This document shows, one piece after another, positions 1 through 11,892 of a stretch of 64,000 nt of DNA. Below the pieces are notes generated by a model, which had not been told where the DNA came from, made no database searches, and was given only the letters and a program-made list of their open reading frames with translations. Position 1 is the stretch's first letter. Each line of letters begins with the position of its first letter. Source of the stretch: Pseudovirgaria hyperparasitica (taxonomy: Eukaryota); the NCBI GenBank assembly GCA_010093815.1, contig ML996573.1. One strand, given 5' to 3'. Made by a program: the position numbers and the translations under genes.

Positions 1-1
1 C

Positions 2-463
2 CCTGCTGTCTTTGATGGTGACGGCCAGAAGGACTACCAATACGACATCTACCGCTACATGCGCTCTGTATTTTTCACCAACGATCCGAATTCCGGCTAT
101 GATCAGCCCAACAAGAAACTTCCTGCGAAATTAAAAAATCGAGGACCGAAGACCTGGGAGGGGTACAACCCGGCGACGAACGCAGTTTGGCTACACTTCG
201 TACTTCACCAACTCCTTACTCAACTCCCTCCACCTCCACTCACCCAAGAGGATTACGGCAACACCAAGCGTGCTGAGCATATATCTCAGAAGGCTGCACG
301 TCTAGAGCGACGACTAAGACGCCTCGATAAGACACTGGATTTCCGTCGGACTGATAGGAGTGATAACGAACGCTTCGAGAGCGCTACGCAGATTGTTGAG
401 TGGGCTATTTTATATGGGTGGCTAGGTGAAGGGGATATACTTGGCGAGCGAAGGATAACGTGA
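2..463 (+). CDS. Haspin-family Ser/Thr kinase, C-terminal part (5' end lies outside the window)
   Basis: The frame from position 2 reads PAVFDGDGQKDYQYDIYRYMR...WEGYNPATNAVWLHFVLHQLL. This matches the haspin C-terminal signature (F.G.G.DYQ.DIYR.MR...W..Y.P.TN..WL). Stop TGA at 461-463. Confidence 0.85.
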   Translation, partial: PAVFDGDGQKDYQYDIYRYMRSVFFTNDPNSGYDQPNKKLPAKLKNRGPKTWEGYNPATNAVWLHFVLHQLLTQLPPPPLTQEDYGNTKRAEHISQKAARLERRLRRLDKTLDFRRTDRSDNERFESATQIVEWAILYGWLGEGDILGERRIT

Positions 464-1472
464 AAATAAAAAGGCTCAACATCGTTGGTATGGTGTCGGA
501 TTCTTTCTTGCGACTAGCATAGCGGGCGTTGCGTGGGTTGTTTGTAGGTCCATTAGCGGAGCATTTTATGCGTAGACACGAATAGTATTGTTTCAGGCTA
601 CAGGTGTGTCATGACGCCCGTCCGACTGCGATTCCAAGTCAAGCTTTTTCTTCAACTCTTGATGCATCTCCTATCTCTCTGCTTGCTTGCTTCCTTCTCA
701 TATTCGTAGGATGTATAATAGTGTTCATGGCGCTCTTGTGACACGAGTCCTGTACATCCTGGGAAGAGGACAAGATGCGATGATGAAATCTGCAAACGAG
801 AGAATTTACGGTGGCCCTAGCGTGCGGTCAAGGTACCATCACATAGCGAAGTCAGAATGCAAAGTTATAGACCTCGAGACACAGACGTTGTTGTCCAAGT
901 CAGGGCAGCAGCGGTTTTTTCTATCTAGCAATCTCGTTTCCCCATTCGAGACCCGAAGAACCTGAACGCGACATTCCAAGGTTACGTACCTTACTTAGGT
1001 GTTTCCGGTCACTTCAGCACGGCTCTTTCCCTCAGGGAGAAGACCTCGACTTATCCCACTTTAACCCCGTTGTCCCAAACCTTCACTTATATTTATACAT
1101 GCCGGCAGTGGGTGTGGGAGTCTAGCACCGGACTAAAGGTAAACCGAAGCTTTCTGACAATTTCAACGTAAGAGCTGTACGCCTCAAAGTACCTGCCTGG
1201 TGCGCTGTGTGACTTACATATAGACTTGCTATGTAAATGATACGTGTAGCAGGGTATTAGTCGTGAAATAGACCACCTTTTCGTGACTATACCTCTTCAA
1301 GCATGAGGAACTTTTGCATAGGCATATCTATACGTAGCTTACGTCATTATAGTCAAGTGCACGGTGAATGAACATGTTGATATCATGCTTGTTGTTTACA
1401 ATCGCTGAACGCTACAATGGGTATCTTTTAAACCGACGCGCCCTGCCCAAAAATTTATGCAAAACCGACCCC

Positions 1473-2600
1473 TCATACCACTTTCAAACCTTCCAAGACA
1501 CGTATGGCTCTCAATCCTTCCGCCTCGAAGGCCAAGATAGCCTTCTCTGCCTGCTCCAAAAAGCGCTTTTCAGCAATCTCTGCAGTGTGTTCCACGAATT
1601 CAGCGACGGTCATTGCTTTTTCAGCCGCGGTAAGGTGGTTTCTGATGTCACCCACGACATTTTCAAATCGGCTCTTAATCGGCTCCATGAGCATGATGTT
1701 CTCTACGTCGATGGCAGTCCAAGACAGCTGTGGAGTAGTACACATGATGTCCGACGACTGGCCATCGAGCTCATCAATGTTGAATGAGAGGTCTAGCTCT
1801 GGAGTTGGCTCCTTTGGAGTGCCGTCACGGGTGCGCTTGGTGCCCGCACGAGTAGGGGAGGCACGGCTAGATGCGGTGGAGAGCTTCTTTGCTTTCGAGG
1901 GACCGGCTTTAGTCTTCTTCTGTTCAGTCATCGCAAAGAAAGGGCAGTCTGGTGATCTGCGCTTATGTTCTTCCGCAGGGTCGTCCTTCTGTTCCCAGCC
2001 ATCGAGAGAGAGACTGCAATATGCGCAAGAGGTGCCATCAGGATCAGTAGGGCTTGGGTCGTAGAACCAGCCTGCTTGGGCAAGCTGAAAAGGTTTGTTA
2101 GTCGGTTGCTTTGTTTTGTTGTTGTTGTTGTTTATCTTGCTTACCTTCTTAGTTTTAGGCTTCCAGGCCTTCTTCTTCTCATATGGCCAGCGACCTCCAA
2201 AGGTTGCAATGCGAGCCTCAAGCATAGCCTCCGACATCGGATCATCTTCGACTCTGTCTGCATTGTCGATGCGCATACGAATTCCTTGAATGATTGCCCA
2301 AGCACAGTGAGGTGAGAGGGCGAGGTGTTCATCAGTAGGATTGTCAGTAGATTCCCAGCCATCAATGTTTGCATCGCACTGAAAGCATCTGACGTTATCA
2401 AGGCAGTCTGGTAGTGGCTTCCAATAGAATCCAGCATGAGCAAGCTCTTCAGGTGCTGGTGAGGAATGAGGCCACGTCACGGTTGAAGCGGCCGCAGCCT
2501 TCTTACGGGTGGAGGAGGAGCGTCTTTTGGGCACTTGCTGAGCACTCTCGAAAGAGGCAAGACGTCCAATAAGGGTAGTCATATCACCAGGTCCGGCCAT
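1473..2600 (-). CDS. BIR1: Survivin/Bir1-like chromosomal passenger protein with two BIR domains; exons 2600-2145 and 2084-1473
   Basis: BIR1: RLASF...WPH...LAHAGFY...DNVRCFQC...DGWE..D.P..EH...SPHC. BIR2: RIATF...WP...LAQAGWFY...CAYC...LDGWE..DDP.EEHKRRSPDCPFF. C-terminal helix LT..EK.MTV.EF...FE.EG.RA..VLE. First ATG at 2600. 60-nt intron 2085-2144 (GTAAGC...GACTAAC...TTTCAG). Confidence 0.9.
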   Translation of the reverse strand: MAGPGDMTTLIGRLASFESAQQVPKRRSSSTRKKAAAASTVTWPHSSPAPEELAHAGFYWKPLPDCLDNVRCFQCDANIDGWESTDNPTDEHLALSPHCAWAIIQGIRMRIDNADRVEDDPMSEAMLEARIATFGGRWPYEKKKAWKPKTKKVSKINNNNNKTKQPTNKPFQLAQAGWFYDPSPTDPDGTSCAYCSLSLDGWEQKDDPAEEHKRRSPDCPFFAMTEQKKTKAGPSKAKKLSTASSRASPTRAGTKRTRDGTPKEPTPELDLSFNIDELDGQSSDIMCTTPQLSWTAIDVENIMLMEPIKSRFENVVGDIRNHLTAAEKAMTVAEFVEHTAEIAEKRFLEQAEKAILAFEAEGLRAIRVLEGLKVV

Positions 2601-3229
2601 GATGAAATGTTGATGAGATTGAGGTTGTTGTTGTTGGTTCACGTCGCGTTTGTTGTGAGGTTTGGCCGCGAATTGCAGACGCCACAGTGCAGATTTTTAA
2701 TTTCTGAGAACGGGAAATGTAGGAGAATTGAGAGCTTTTCACTTGTGTAGAGTCTTGAGCAATTCCAAGAGGGCCAAATTTCCAATGGTTTCTTAACGGA
2801 AGTTACTCTTAACTCGTTCGCCAGAGGATTAAGAAGTCGCGATGTCACGCCAAGGCGCTAGCTGCGCGCTCTCACATGATGGTGTCTGCAATGCCCCGCG
2901 CTAGTGGGTAGCTGATTGGCTATTGGAAAAAGACTGCTGGGCTAGAATGCTGCTGCCTGACGTCGGTCCCATCGAATTGGTGAAAGCCTGACTGCCTGAA
3001 CACGTGATGCTTTGACATCTTCCATGCTGGTTGGCCTCGGTCCAGTTCCAGTTCTTGCCATAAATTTTAGGCATATTTTCTGTAAGCTACGTATGCGCAC
3101 TTTCCCGGTCATAACAATTGAATCGGTACCTGGTACCAGGTACTGCTGCCATGCTTGACTAATTTCTTGCCCTCTGCCCTTCTTGGTAACTCGCCAGGAC
3201 TCTACATGCCCCATCACGTTCGATACATC

Positions 3230-4829
3230 ATGTCTCTTCCCACCCCAGTTGTGAGTGCAATCCTGCTAGCTTTCACAGTTCCGCGGCCTTGCTAATTGCT
3301 CTTGTTTACAGACCCCGCGGAGCTCCCAGGCTGTCATTGCTTGGCGCCGGGTTGTCGTCAGTCACTCAGTTTGCTATCCGCGATATCAATTAGAACCTCG
3401 CCGTTTGTTTGCATCTCGAGTATCCTCGCACAAGTCAAGCAGGGACAGCCGCTCTTATTCACAATCGTCCTCCAGCCGTACAAGCTCTATTAAAAGCGAA
3501 AGCTCTTTAAGCACCGCACAGAGCCCTACACAGAGCTCTCCATCGTCACAATACCCTGACACATCAGGAGAAACGTCATCAGATTGGGAAGATGGGGAAC
3601 ATAAAGAGCTGGAGAGCTTCGGACAATTGCCTTCGAAGGATTTCGGTCAAAATCAAGTCATGGAGACGAATGAGGAGTTCAAGAAGTCTTTGAGACAAAT
3701 ATTGAGGAACTTCCCACAAATCACACATGCGTTCGCGTATGGCTCTGGAGTGTTCCCACAAAGCGAAGGAAACGCCTCCAGAGTCGACCTGAGTCCTCAT
3801 CCGAACCCACCCGAAGCTATATTAAAATGGCAGAAAGGCGGCGGAAAAGTTATTGATTTTATCCTGGCCACCAAGTTCTCCCAACATTTCCATTCTCTAA
3901 ACCTCAACAAACACCGCGACCACTATTCATTTCTCGGCTCTCTAGGCTCTGGTGCGGTGTCCTATGTGCAAGACAAGTTCGGCGCTGGCGCCTACTACAA
4001 CCCCTATATAACGATAAATGGGACGTTGATCAAGTATGGCGTGGTACAAATGGATACACTGTATCGTGATCTGACTGAATGGGATACTTTGTACCTCGCC
4101 GGACGATTACAAAAGCCTGTCAAGATCCTTACTGAAGACCCTAATATACGCCTCGCGAATCAACGCAACCTGATGGCTGCAGTCCGTTGTGCATTACTGA
4201 TGCTCCCAGAGACCTTCACGGAACATGATCTATACACCACAATCGCTTCGCTTTCATACACTGGCGATCCACGTATGAATGTAGGATCAGAGCATCCTAA
4301 CAAAATACAAAACATTGTCACACATCAACTCCGAGCCTTCAGGCAGCTCTACTCCTCTTTAATCTACGAACTGCCGAACATTCACTACGACGACAAAAGA
4401 CTCAAATCTTCGAATCCACGTTGGGAGACACTACCACTGGTCTCCGACTTCAAGATGACACAAATAATGGAGCCTGCTTTCCGTGGTAATATGGTCCGCC
4501 GCCTACCAAAGTCCTTCCGCGAGAAACTTTATTTTCAGTACCAGAAGAAGTTCTCGATACCAGGTGCAGAATTCACTGCCATGCTTGAGTCATCAAAAGA
4601 TGAAGATGCTAGAGGCGGTGTCAGGAAACCTGTCGGAGGTCCGTTTGATCAGAAGATAAGCATGGAGTCGGACATCGCAGAGAAAGTTCGTGCATCGGTT
4701 GTCCAAACAGTCAAGTGGCCAAGCACTGTGCAAAGCGTAAAGGGTATCTTCACCGGTGGACTTCGAAAGAGTTGGCGGTATACAAGTGAAAAGTGGCAAA
4801 AAGGCAAGCTTGGGCAGACAAGTTCTTGA
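3230..4829 (+). CDS. TAM41: Mitochondrial phosphatidate cytidylyltransferase Tam41/Mmp37; exons 3230-3250 and 3312-4829 (alternative in-frame ATG at 3206)
   Basis: Motifs HAFAYGSGVFPQ, DFIL, YYNPY, IKYGVV, LYLAGRLQKPV, SYTGDPRM. Intron 3251-3311 (GTGAGT...GCTAAT...TACAG) joins MSLPTPV in frame to an R/S-rich presequence-like segment. Confidence 0.93.
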
Positions 4830-5319
4830 CAATGACTTCATCTTGTACGAATTGAGCATGTAAATATGATTGGCGGCATTTGTGGTTATGTATATGTCGC
4901 TCATTGATGGGGTATTTTCTTTTGTATGATATCGAGCTCTTGAAAGCTCAACCTTGCTCTGATGTTCTTGAATATAAATGAGCAGAGTAGAGTAGGAGCA
5001 ACTACTTGGTCGGCAAGGTTCGTCTATAAAAGCCTAGAATGAATGATATGTAAATAAAGACTGAGTATGAAGTAACGCTGTCGATGGATGTACGCAGAAT
5101 CCAGATCGCGGTATCAGCACTTGGTAGCAGTGGAATTGTTTATCAAGAGTCAAGTCTTTTGCTACCTTGGATAGTATCAGATTCATATACGATCAACTTT
5201 ATGATGCTCATGCAGTTCGTCCATTTAGGTATCTCAATGAGTACTAGATATCCCTCAAAGCTCGACCTGACACAGTCTCTCCCAAACTTACAGCACAAGG
5301 GCCGAGCAGTAATGAAAAG

Positions 5320-5465
5320 ATGTCACAATGGGACGCCAGCAAAAATTGCCCCAATGAAGCCCCCGAAGGAGATTCATATAGGTCCTACTCCGCGATGTGC
5401 AATGCAGGCAGGTCCCATACCAGGACGTTCTTAGTGAGCAACGACCCAGTCAGGAAGGTAAGTAT
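5320..5465 (-). ncRNA. U1: U1 spliceosomal snRNA
   Basis: Minus strand begins AUACUUACCU. Closing helix UCCUGA/UUGGGG; SL1 CUGGGUCGUU-loop-AACGUCCUGG; SL2 loop CAUUGCAC; SL3 UGAAUCUCC-UUCG-GGGGCUUCA; Sm site AAUUUUUG. The 3' end is approximate. Confidence 0.92.
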
Positions 5466-5498
5466 GAAGTTTTGAAATCAGCCGCGAGGGCAACCGCC

Positions 5499-5508
5499 TT
5501 TATATAGA
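5499..5508 (-). promoter_or_regulatory. TATA box of the U1 snRNA gene
   Basis: CTATATAAAG on the minus strand about 35-40 nt upstream of the U1 5' end. Confidence 0.6.
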
Positions 5509-6566
5509 CGAAAAGGCACGCACGGTTCAGTCTGTCGGATCGACGTCGGCTCAACACAGTACAATGACGCTAAGCCTAAATTGATCTCCGTCTTACACCT
5601 ACTTTACTCCATATAACGAACGACACTACGCGAGTTGAGAGCAGGGCCCAGGCCCCAGGTTCAGAAAGTCACCGATCGCCGATGTATCTCCGCGCGGCAG
5701 GACGCAATACTATAATAAAGATAATATCCAAGGGGTTATCTGCAGATCACTAGCTATTACTACATATAGATCTTCTCTTCTTCTTAGTAACTAGTATATG
5801 ACCCTAGATATCTTTAAGAAGCTGTTATAAGATTACACAGTGATTAGGGGTATATATCAGTGGTTTTAGGAATGAGAGTGCTAGTATGGTAGCGATCAGT
5901 GCCTTTATAAGACCCCCTCGTGCTGTAGTTTTTATACCCTCTATCGCGACTGTCGCGAGAAGAGCTGCAGTATGCTTTCTGCTCTCTTCGCACTTCACAA
6001 GTACAGCTCGCGGCCTTTTAACAACAAGGCAACAACAAGAGCATCCCAGGACTGAGCCCCCACAAGGCTGGACAGATTCTTTAGCTTTTCTTGTACCCGA
6101 TGTTGATATTCCCAGCCCTTAGTATGGAATACGAAGGGGAAAGGTTTACGATACCTTGAATGTAGGTCGCAAAAGAGCATAGCACATACCACTGGTCATT
6201 CAGCCATATACATAATGGACCTCTCTGTGCGACACTGTTCTCACGTCTGTCTCAATTGACATTAAAGGTAATTGAAGGTATTTTCAATTCAAGCTGTTAA
6301 AAACAGATGCGGCTGTCGGTCTATCATGCGTAGAACAAGTTAAGAACGAATACAAATGAAAAACAGAATGCTCACCAAAATTGTCAGTATCCCCATTACT
6401 GCGCCTGGTTGACATCTAAAAGGCAGAGGATAAGACACGTATCATACGCGCCGGCAAAAAAGGCTCTTTATGCAGTTCTGGAGACCCATACATCATAGAT
6501 CATGTAAGGAATATAGGGAGGTAAGTCTTCTATATGGAACGTATCTCGTAATATGCTTGAACATAT

Positions 6567-7027
6567 CTAGTACTCAAAATCATCGCCAATTCGAACATGA
6601 TCCGGGATTATAGGCTCTTCTGTGTAGTCCTCATGCTTCATGTACTCCTCAAACCAACGTTCTAGTCTCGCAAATCCTTTCAATGGGTCCCGATTATACA
6701 TCTGCTTCATGTATATCACATTAGCAGCCAACGCAAAGTCAGGCATCGTTGGACCATCAGGGCTTTTACCAAGCCATCGACCCCCACTACCACCCGCCAC
6801 CCACTCTTCAATCTTCGTAAAGCGCTTCTGCCATTGTGTACGCGCGTCTTCTGCCGAAATTCGAGAGCGATTCTCGTCTGCCAGCCCGCTCCAATGAGGC
6901 GCAGCTTACTAGAGTGTCGTGTGTATACAGTGCCCCAAATGATGTTCTCATCGATCATTCGGATGATGTCACTGTTGTTGTCGGAAGGCACTTTGAGTGA
7001 GGAACACTGTTTCCCAAACGGGACTAG
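6567..7027 (-). pseudogene. Glutathione S-transferase C-terminal-like gene, frameshifted and 5'-truncated by the Copia insertion
   Basis: DIIRMIDENIIWGTVYTRHSSKL, then a frame change near 6895-6905, then HWSGLADENRSRISAEDARTQWQKRFTKIEEW...WLG...PTMPDFALAA...LERWFE. The PT..D.AL motif and helical pattern resemble GST_C. Upstream sequence is replaced by TE at 7028. Confidence 0.5.
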
Positions 7028-10000
7028 TGTCTAAACGGTTAAATAGCTTCGACTCTATCTCCTAGAACTTAGTTCTTTATATATATAATTATAGAATATA
7101 TTTAATAACCTTAATTATATCTACTTTCTACTTATAATAGATTATAAGTCTAGCGCTTTACTATAAAAGCCTTAAAATACCTCTTTATTAATGAAAACTA
7201 TTATACTTTAATAAAAAATAAGTCCCTTTTCTAAACTTTAAGTTTCTATATTAATCTTATTAAAGTTTTTACTTTAATTCTACTACTCTATTAACTCTCT
7301 ATCTCTATATTATTCTTACTATTCTCTATACTATCCTTCTACCTCTTTTACCCTTACTATCTTCCTTATAAATAAGTAATAAGTAGAAAGAGTTAGAATA
7401 AGAAACTATTAGTTCTATATAAAGAAAAGAGAAGGAACTTAAGGAACTTAAGGAACTTATTAATAATAAATATACCTATTAACTTTAAACTTAACCCCTT
7501 CTCTCTATCTAAGCTATCTTTAAGAGAAGAAAATTTCCCTAAGTAGAGATTAGCTTAGATAATTATATTTAAATATATATAATTATAGATAATAGTCTCT
7601 AGTAGGGTTATTAGACCCTTTAGTACTAGAGTTATAGATTTATATATAGATATAATAGATTAGAATATAAAGGATAATAAGATAATAATTATATTACTCT
7701 CGTTAATATATTAAGATCTTATTATAGGTCTTACTTCCTATAATATAGTAGTAGCTATATAGAATTACCTATTATTATATTTCGACCGTAATATTAATAA
7801 TTCTTTAATATATCTATTTAGATTACTTACTAACCTCTACTATAAAGATAGAGAAGATATTTATAAATATATTAATAATTTCTATTATACCTAGATATAA
7901 ATAGTAAAAAGATATATTACTTTATCTTATATAGTTATAAAAGTAATACGTCTAATCTTTAAGTCTAAAGAGATTAAGGGCTTATTCTTTCTTATCTTAT
8001 TATCTAATACTATAGACTATATTATTAATAATTTATTAACTTAAGATATATTATATTTTTAAGATATTAAGCTAAAGATACTTAACCTAGCTAAGAAATA
8101 TAGTATTAAGCCTAATACTATAGGGTATAAGGCTAGTTATAAGGGTAAGTCTAGTTAGCCTTCTAGGTTAAAGAAGTCTAACTCCGCCTCTATCTCTACC
8201 TCTACCTCTAATACTAAATATATATAGTATAAGAAACGCGGCTTCTCTTCTAAAGGTTATAAGTATTAAGACTATTATAAACTTAAAGTCTCTAAGAAAG
8301 ATAATAAGTCTAAAAGTAAGAAGGCTTCTAAGTCTTTCTCTAAAAAGGACTCCTTAAGTAAGTAATAAAAGGCTAATAAGGCTAAAGTTATTGAAATTTT
8401 AGATTCTAAATCTAACTCTAACTCTAATAATAACGTTGTTAGTTTCTTTATAACTATAGCTAATATAAATAGTAAGTAATCTTAAATAGTAAGTTAGCCT
8501 CTTATTTAAGTAATATTTTCGGACCTAAGTATTAAGGCTATTAGACTTCTTACGAATTCTAATATAACTATAGGCATATATAACTAGATCTTTAATTTAG
8601 ATATATTATAATATATATCGGGTTATATAGATGACTTTACCTTACTAGAACCGTATACCTCTAGTAATATATTAATTATAAATTATAAGAAGATTTCTAT
8701 TAATAGTATTAGAATAGTTTTCCTAGATTATATCCTCTTAGACGGTTCTATAAAAAAGGTTAAACTTACTAATATCCTCTTTAGTAAGTAACTAAATTCT
8801 ATATATCTTTTCTTCTAGTTATATATTAGAAATTAAGGGTATAGTTTAAGAGTAAAAGGAAATAACCTCTTCTTATATAACTACTACGGATCTAAAGTAA
8901 TATAGATAAAATTCTATAAGGGCCTTATAAAGATTTACCTATACTATATATCTCCTCCGCTTCTATTATATACTATAGTATACTTTATATTATATAAAGA
9001 ATTCTATTATACTATAGATTATTATTACGTTATAAATTCTAAAAGACTTTATAAAGATTTTAATATAATTTCTAAGCGGCTAAGTAACTTCTACTATAAG
9101 AGTTATAGTATATCTAAATCTATATATAAGAAGCCTTTAAGCTTAAATAGATAATATAAGATACTATTTAGTAGAGTTTATAGTAATCTCTCTAGTAAGA
9201 TACTATATAAGTCTCTAAATAGGTTATGGTACTATATCTCCTTTATTAAAGAATTAACTTATTTTATATAGATCTATTTTATAAAGTATAAGTTAGAAGC
9301 TTCTAATATTATTATATAATTCTTTATATATATTAAGAAGTAATTTAATATAGGTATTAAGGAGTTTATATTTAACTAAGGCGGTAAGTATATTACTAAA
9401 AGTCTTTAAGACTTCTTTCGTAAGACTAGTACTATATATATTACCTCTTCTATCTACTCTTATAAGTTAAACGGAATAGCCGAAAGGTTTAACTATATAG
9501 TTTAGATATTAGTAAGATCTATTCTCTCTTCTAATACTAAGTTAAAGTTCTAGGCTAAAGCTATTTATATAATAATATTCGTTAAGAATATTATACTATA
9601 TACTTCCTTTCTAATAGTTAATACGCTATATTATACTCTCTTTAGTAAGAAGCCTTCTATTTAAAACTTATATCTATTTAGAGTTATCTACTATATATAT
9701 ATTCTAAAAGAAGTATAAAAGCTAGGTAGTAAGCTCCTTTATAGATTAGAGAAAGGTATTCTAGTTAGCTATAGTAAATTAGATAAAATCTATACGTACT
9801 ATATTTCTAACCGTAAGATTATTATCGAGTTATAAGACGTTACTTTTATATCCTTTAATCTAAGACTACTTCTATAGTAATCTCTTTCCTTAATTATTAT
9901 AGAAAGAGATAGCTCTAAAGAAGAGTCGGATAATAGGGGAGTATCTTATAATATACTAGCCGTAGACTAAAATATATAGAATCTCTAACCCTATATAGAT

Positions 10001-11092
10001 AATATAATAAGTCTTACTAAGATACTCTAATAAAGATTATCTACCCTTTCTTATAGTAGGACGTCTTCTACTATACCTAGAGTAAATTAACTAAAATTTA
10101 AATCTTTCTCTAGCCATGACCTACCTTATAAAAATCTATATCCGTTAAGATTACCTTCTAATATATCTCGTTTTAGAAGGAAATATAAGTATATAATTTA
10201 TTTTAATAACTCTATAAATTTTATAGATATAGAAGAGAAGGAAATAATCTATACTCTATTAGTTAATACTACCTTAAATATAGACGTTCCTTTAAATTTA
10301 AAAGAGGCTAGAAATTCTTCTAATTAGTATTAGTAGTAAATAGCTATTAAGAGAGAACTAAGAAGTTATAAGATTAATTAATTATAGTAGAAAGCTCCGC
10401 TTACTACGAATATCCCTATAATAGTTAGCTCTAGATAGGTGTTTAATATTAAGACTACTACGGATAATACTAAAGTTTATAAGGTATATCTTATTATATA
10501 GAGCTTTACGTAGAAATACAGTCTTAATTATAATAAAACTTTTATACCTATTATTAAGTATAATTCTCTTTATATTATACTCTAATAGGCTGTATAATTT
10601 AATAAATATATTTACTAGATTAATTTTAATACTATCTATCTAAATAGTAGTCTATCTAAAAATATCTATATGCAATACCCGCCCGGTTTTAAAAAACCAG
10701 GTAAGATCCTTAAGTTATAAAAGGTAATTTATAGCTTAAAATAGTCCGGTTAAGAATGGTTTTATACCTTATATAACCTCCTTTAATCTCTTAAATTTTA
10801 ATAATTATAGTTTAACCTATGTATCTTTATTAGATATATTATTATTACTATATATATAGATAATCTTCTACTTATTAGGGAGAGCTTATATATATAATAA
10901 TTTAAATATAAGGTCGCGAACTATATAAAATGTAAAGACCTTAGAAAAGCCCGCCTAATTCTAGGTATTAAAATTGATTAATTATAAGAAGGTAAAATTA
11001 AGCTTTCTTAGAAGACTTACTCTTAACGTATTCTAAAGAGGTTTAGTATAATAGACTATAATAGTCGAAAGACTCTAATTAACGTAAATACC
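7028..11092 (+). mobile_element. Ty1/Copia LTR retrotransposon, RIP-inactivated, 5' portion (LTR ~7028-7139, gag, PR, IN, RT); interrupted in RT by Gypsy-1 copy A
   Basis: TGT start at the GC/AT boundary. PBS GATTATAAGTCTAGCGC at 7140 (RIP form of the fungal copia GGTTATGAGCCC PBS). Integrase NGIAERFN at ~9470-9493 precedes RT (de-RIP [24 protein letters not shown], ~10480-10555), i.e. Copia domain order. Confidence 0.85.
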
Positions 11093-11892
11093 TATAAGAA
11101 TAGGGTTATTAGATAGTAGTATAGTTAGATAGAATAATAGAGTATATTCCGTCATAGAATAAATTACTACTAAACTCTTTTAGTAGAAATCTAAGAGTAT
11201 ATATATAAAGGGACGCCGATCTATTTAGTATATAACCGTTTACCGCCTATTATACTACCTCCTAACTAAGTTAGCTAAGATATATATAGATATAGTTATA
11301 CCTAAGACTAGATTCTAATAATTATCCCCTTTCTTTAGGAAGCTACCCTTAGTAACCTAGATTATTACCTATCTCTATATCCCTATTCTAAGTCTTATAA
11401 GACCTTAGTTATTCTCTATACTCTATCTTAGATATATATAGACTCTAGCTAATCTAAGATTTATATAAGCGTTTTTCTAATAAACTAGAGTTTATCTATT
11501 CTAAATTCTTATATAGATAGAATTACCTAATTAGGCCTAGCGTATCACGTAATATAATTAGATAAGCCTAGATACTATCTATATTAAAATCTTTTCTTAG
11601 AAATATTCCTTTCCTTAAAAAACTTTATAACTTATTATAGAGTTTTTTAGATTATTAGATATATTATTTAATTCTTATAGATATAGATTTATATAAATTT
11701 ACTATAATTTACTACGATTTATATAGCTTACTAATTTTCGTAGTATATATAGCTAGTAATAATAATAATCTATAAGAATCTATATAAATTAGTAATAATT
11801 ATAATATAGTTTTCTAAAACCTTAACGCTTAGAAGTAATTAGTATAGAAATAGATACCTTTAAATAATCCTTATCTTATCTATATTAATAAT

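Noticed and set aside
2601..2642. GTG-initiated poly-Q N-terminal extension of Bir1
   Set aside because: Non-ATG start in a eukaryote; more likely a CAA-rich 5' UTR.
687..3800. Small overlapping ORFs around BIR1 and TAM41
   Set aside because: Antisense or alternate-frame shadows, many with non-ATG starts and no recognisable motifs.
5084..5434. 116-aa plus-strand ORF
   Set aside because: Overlaps the U1 snRNA antisense and has no protein motif.
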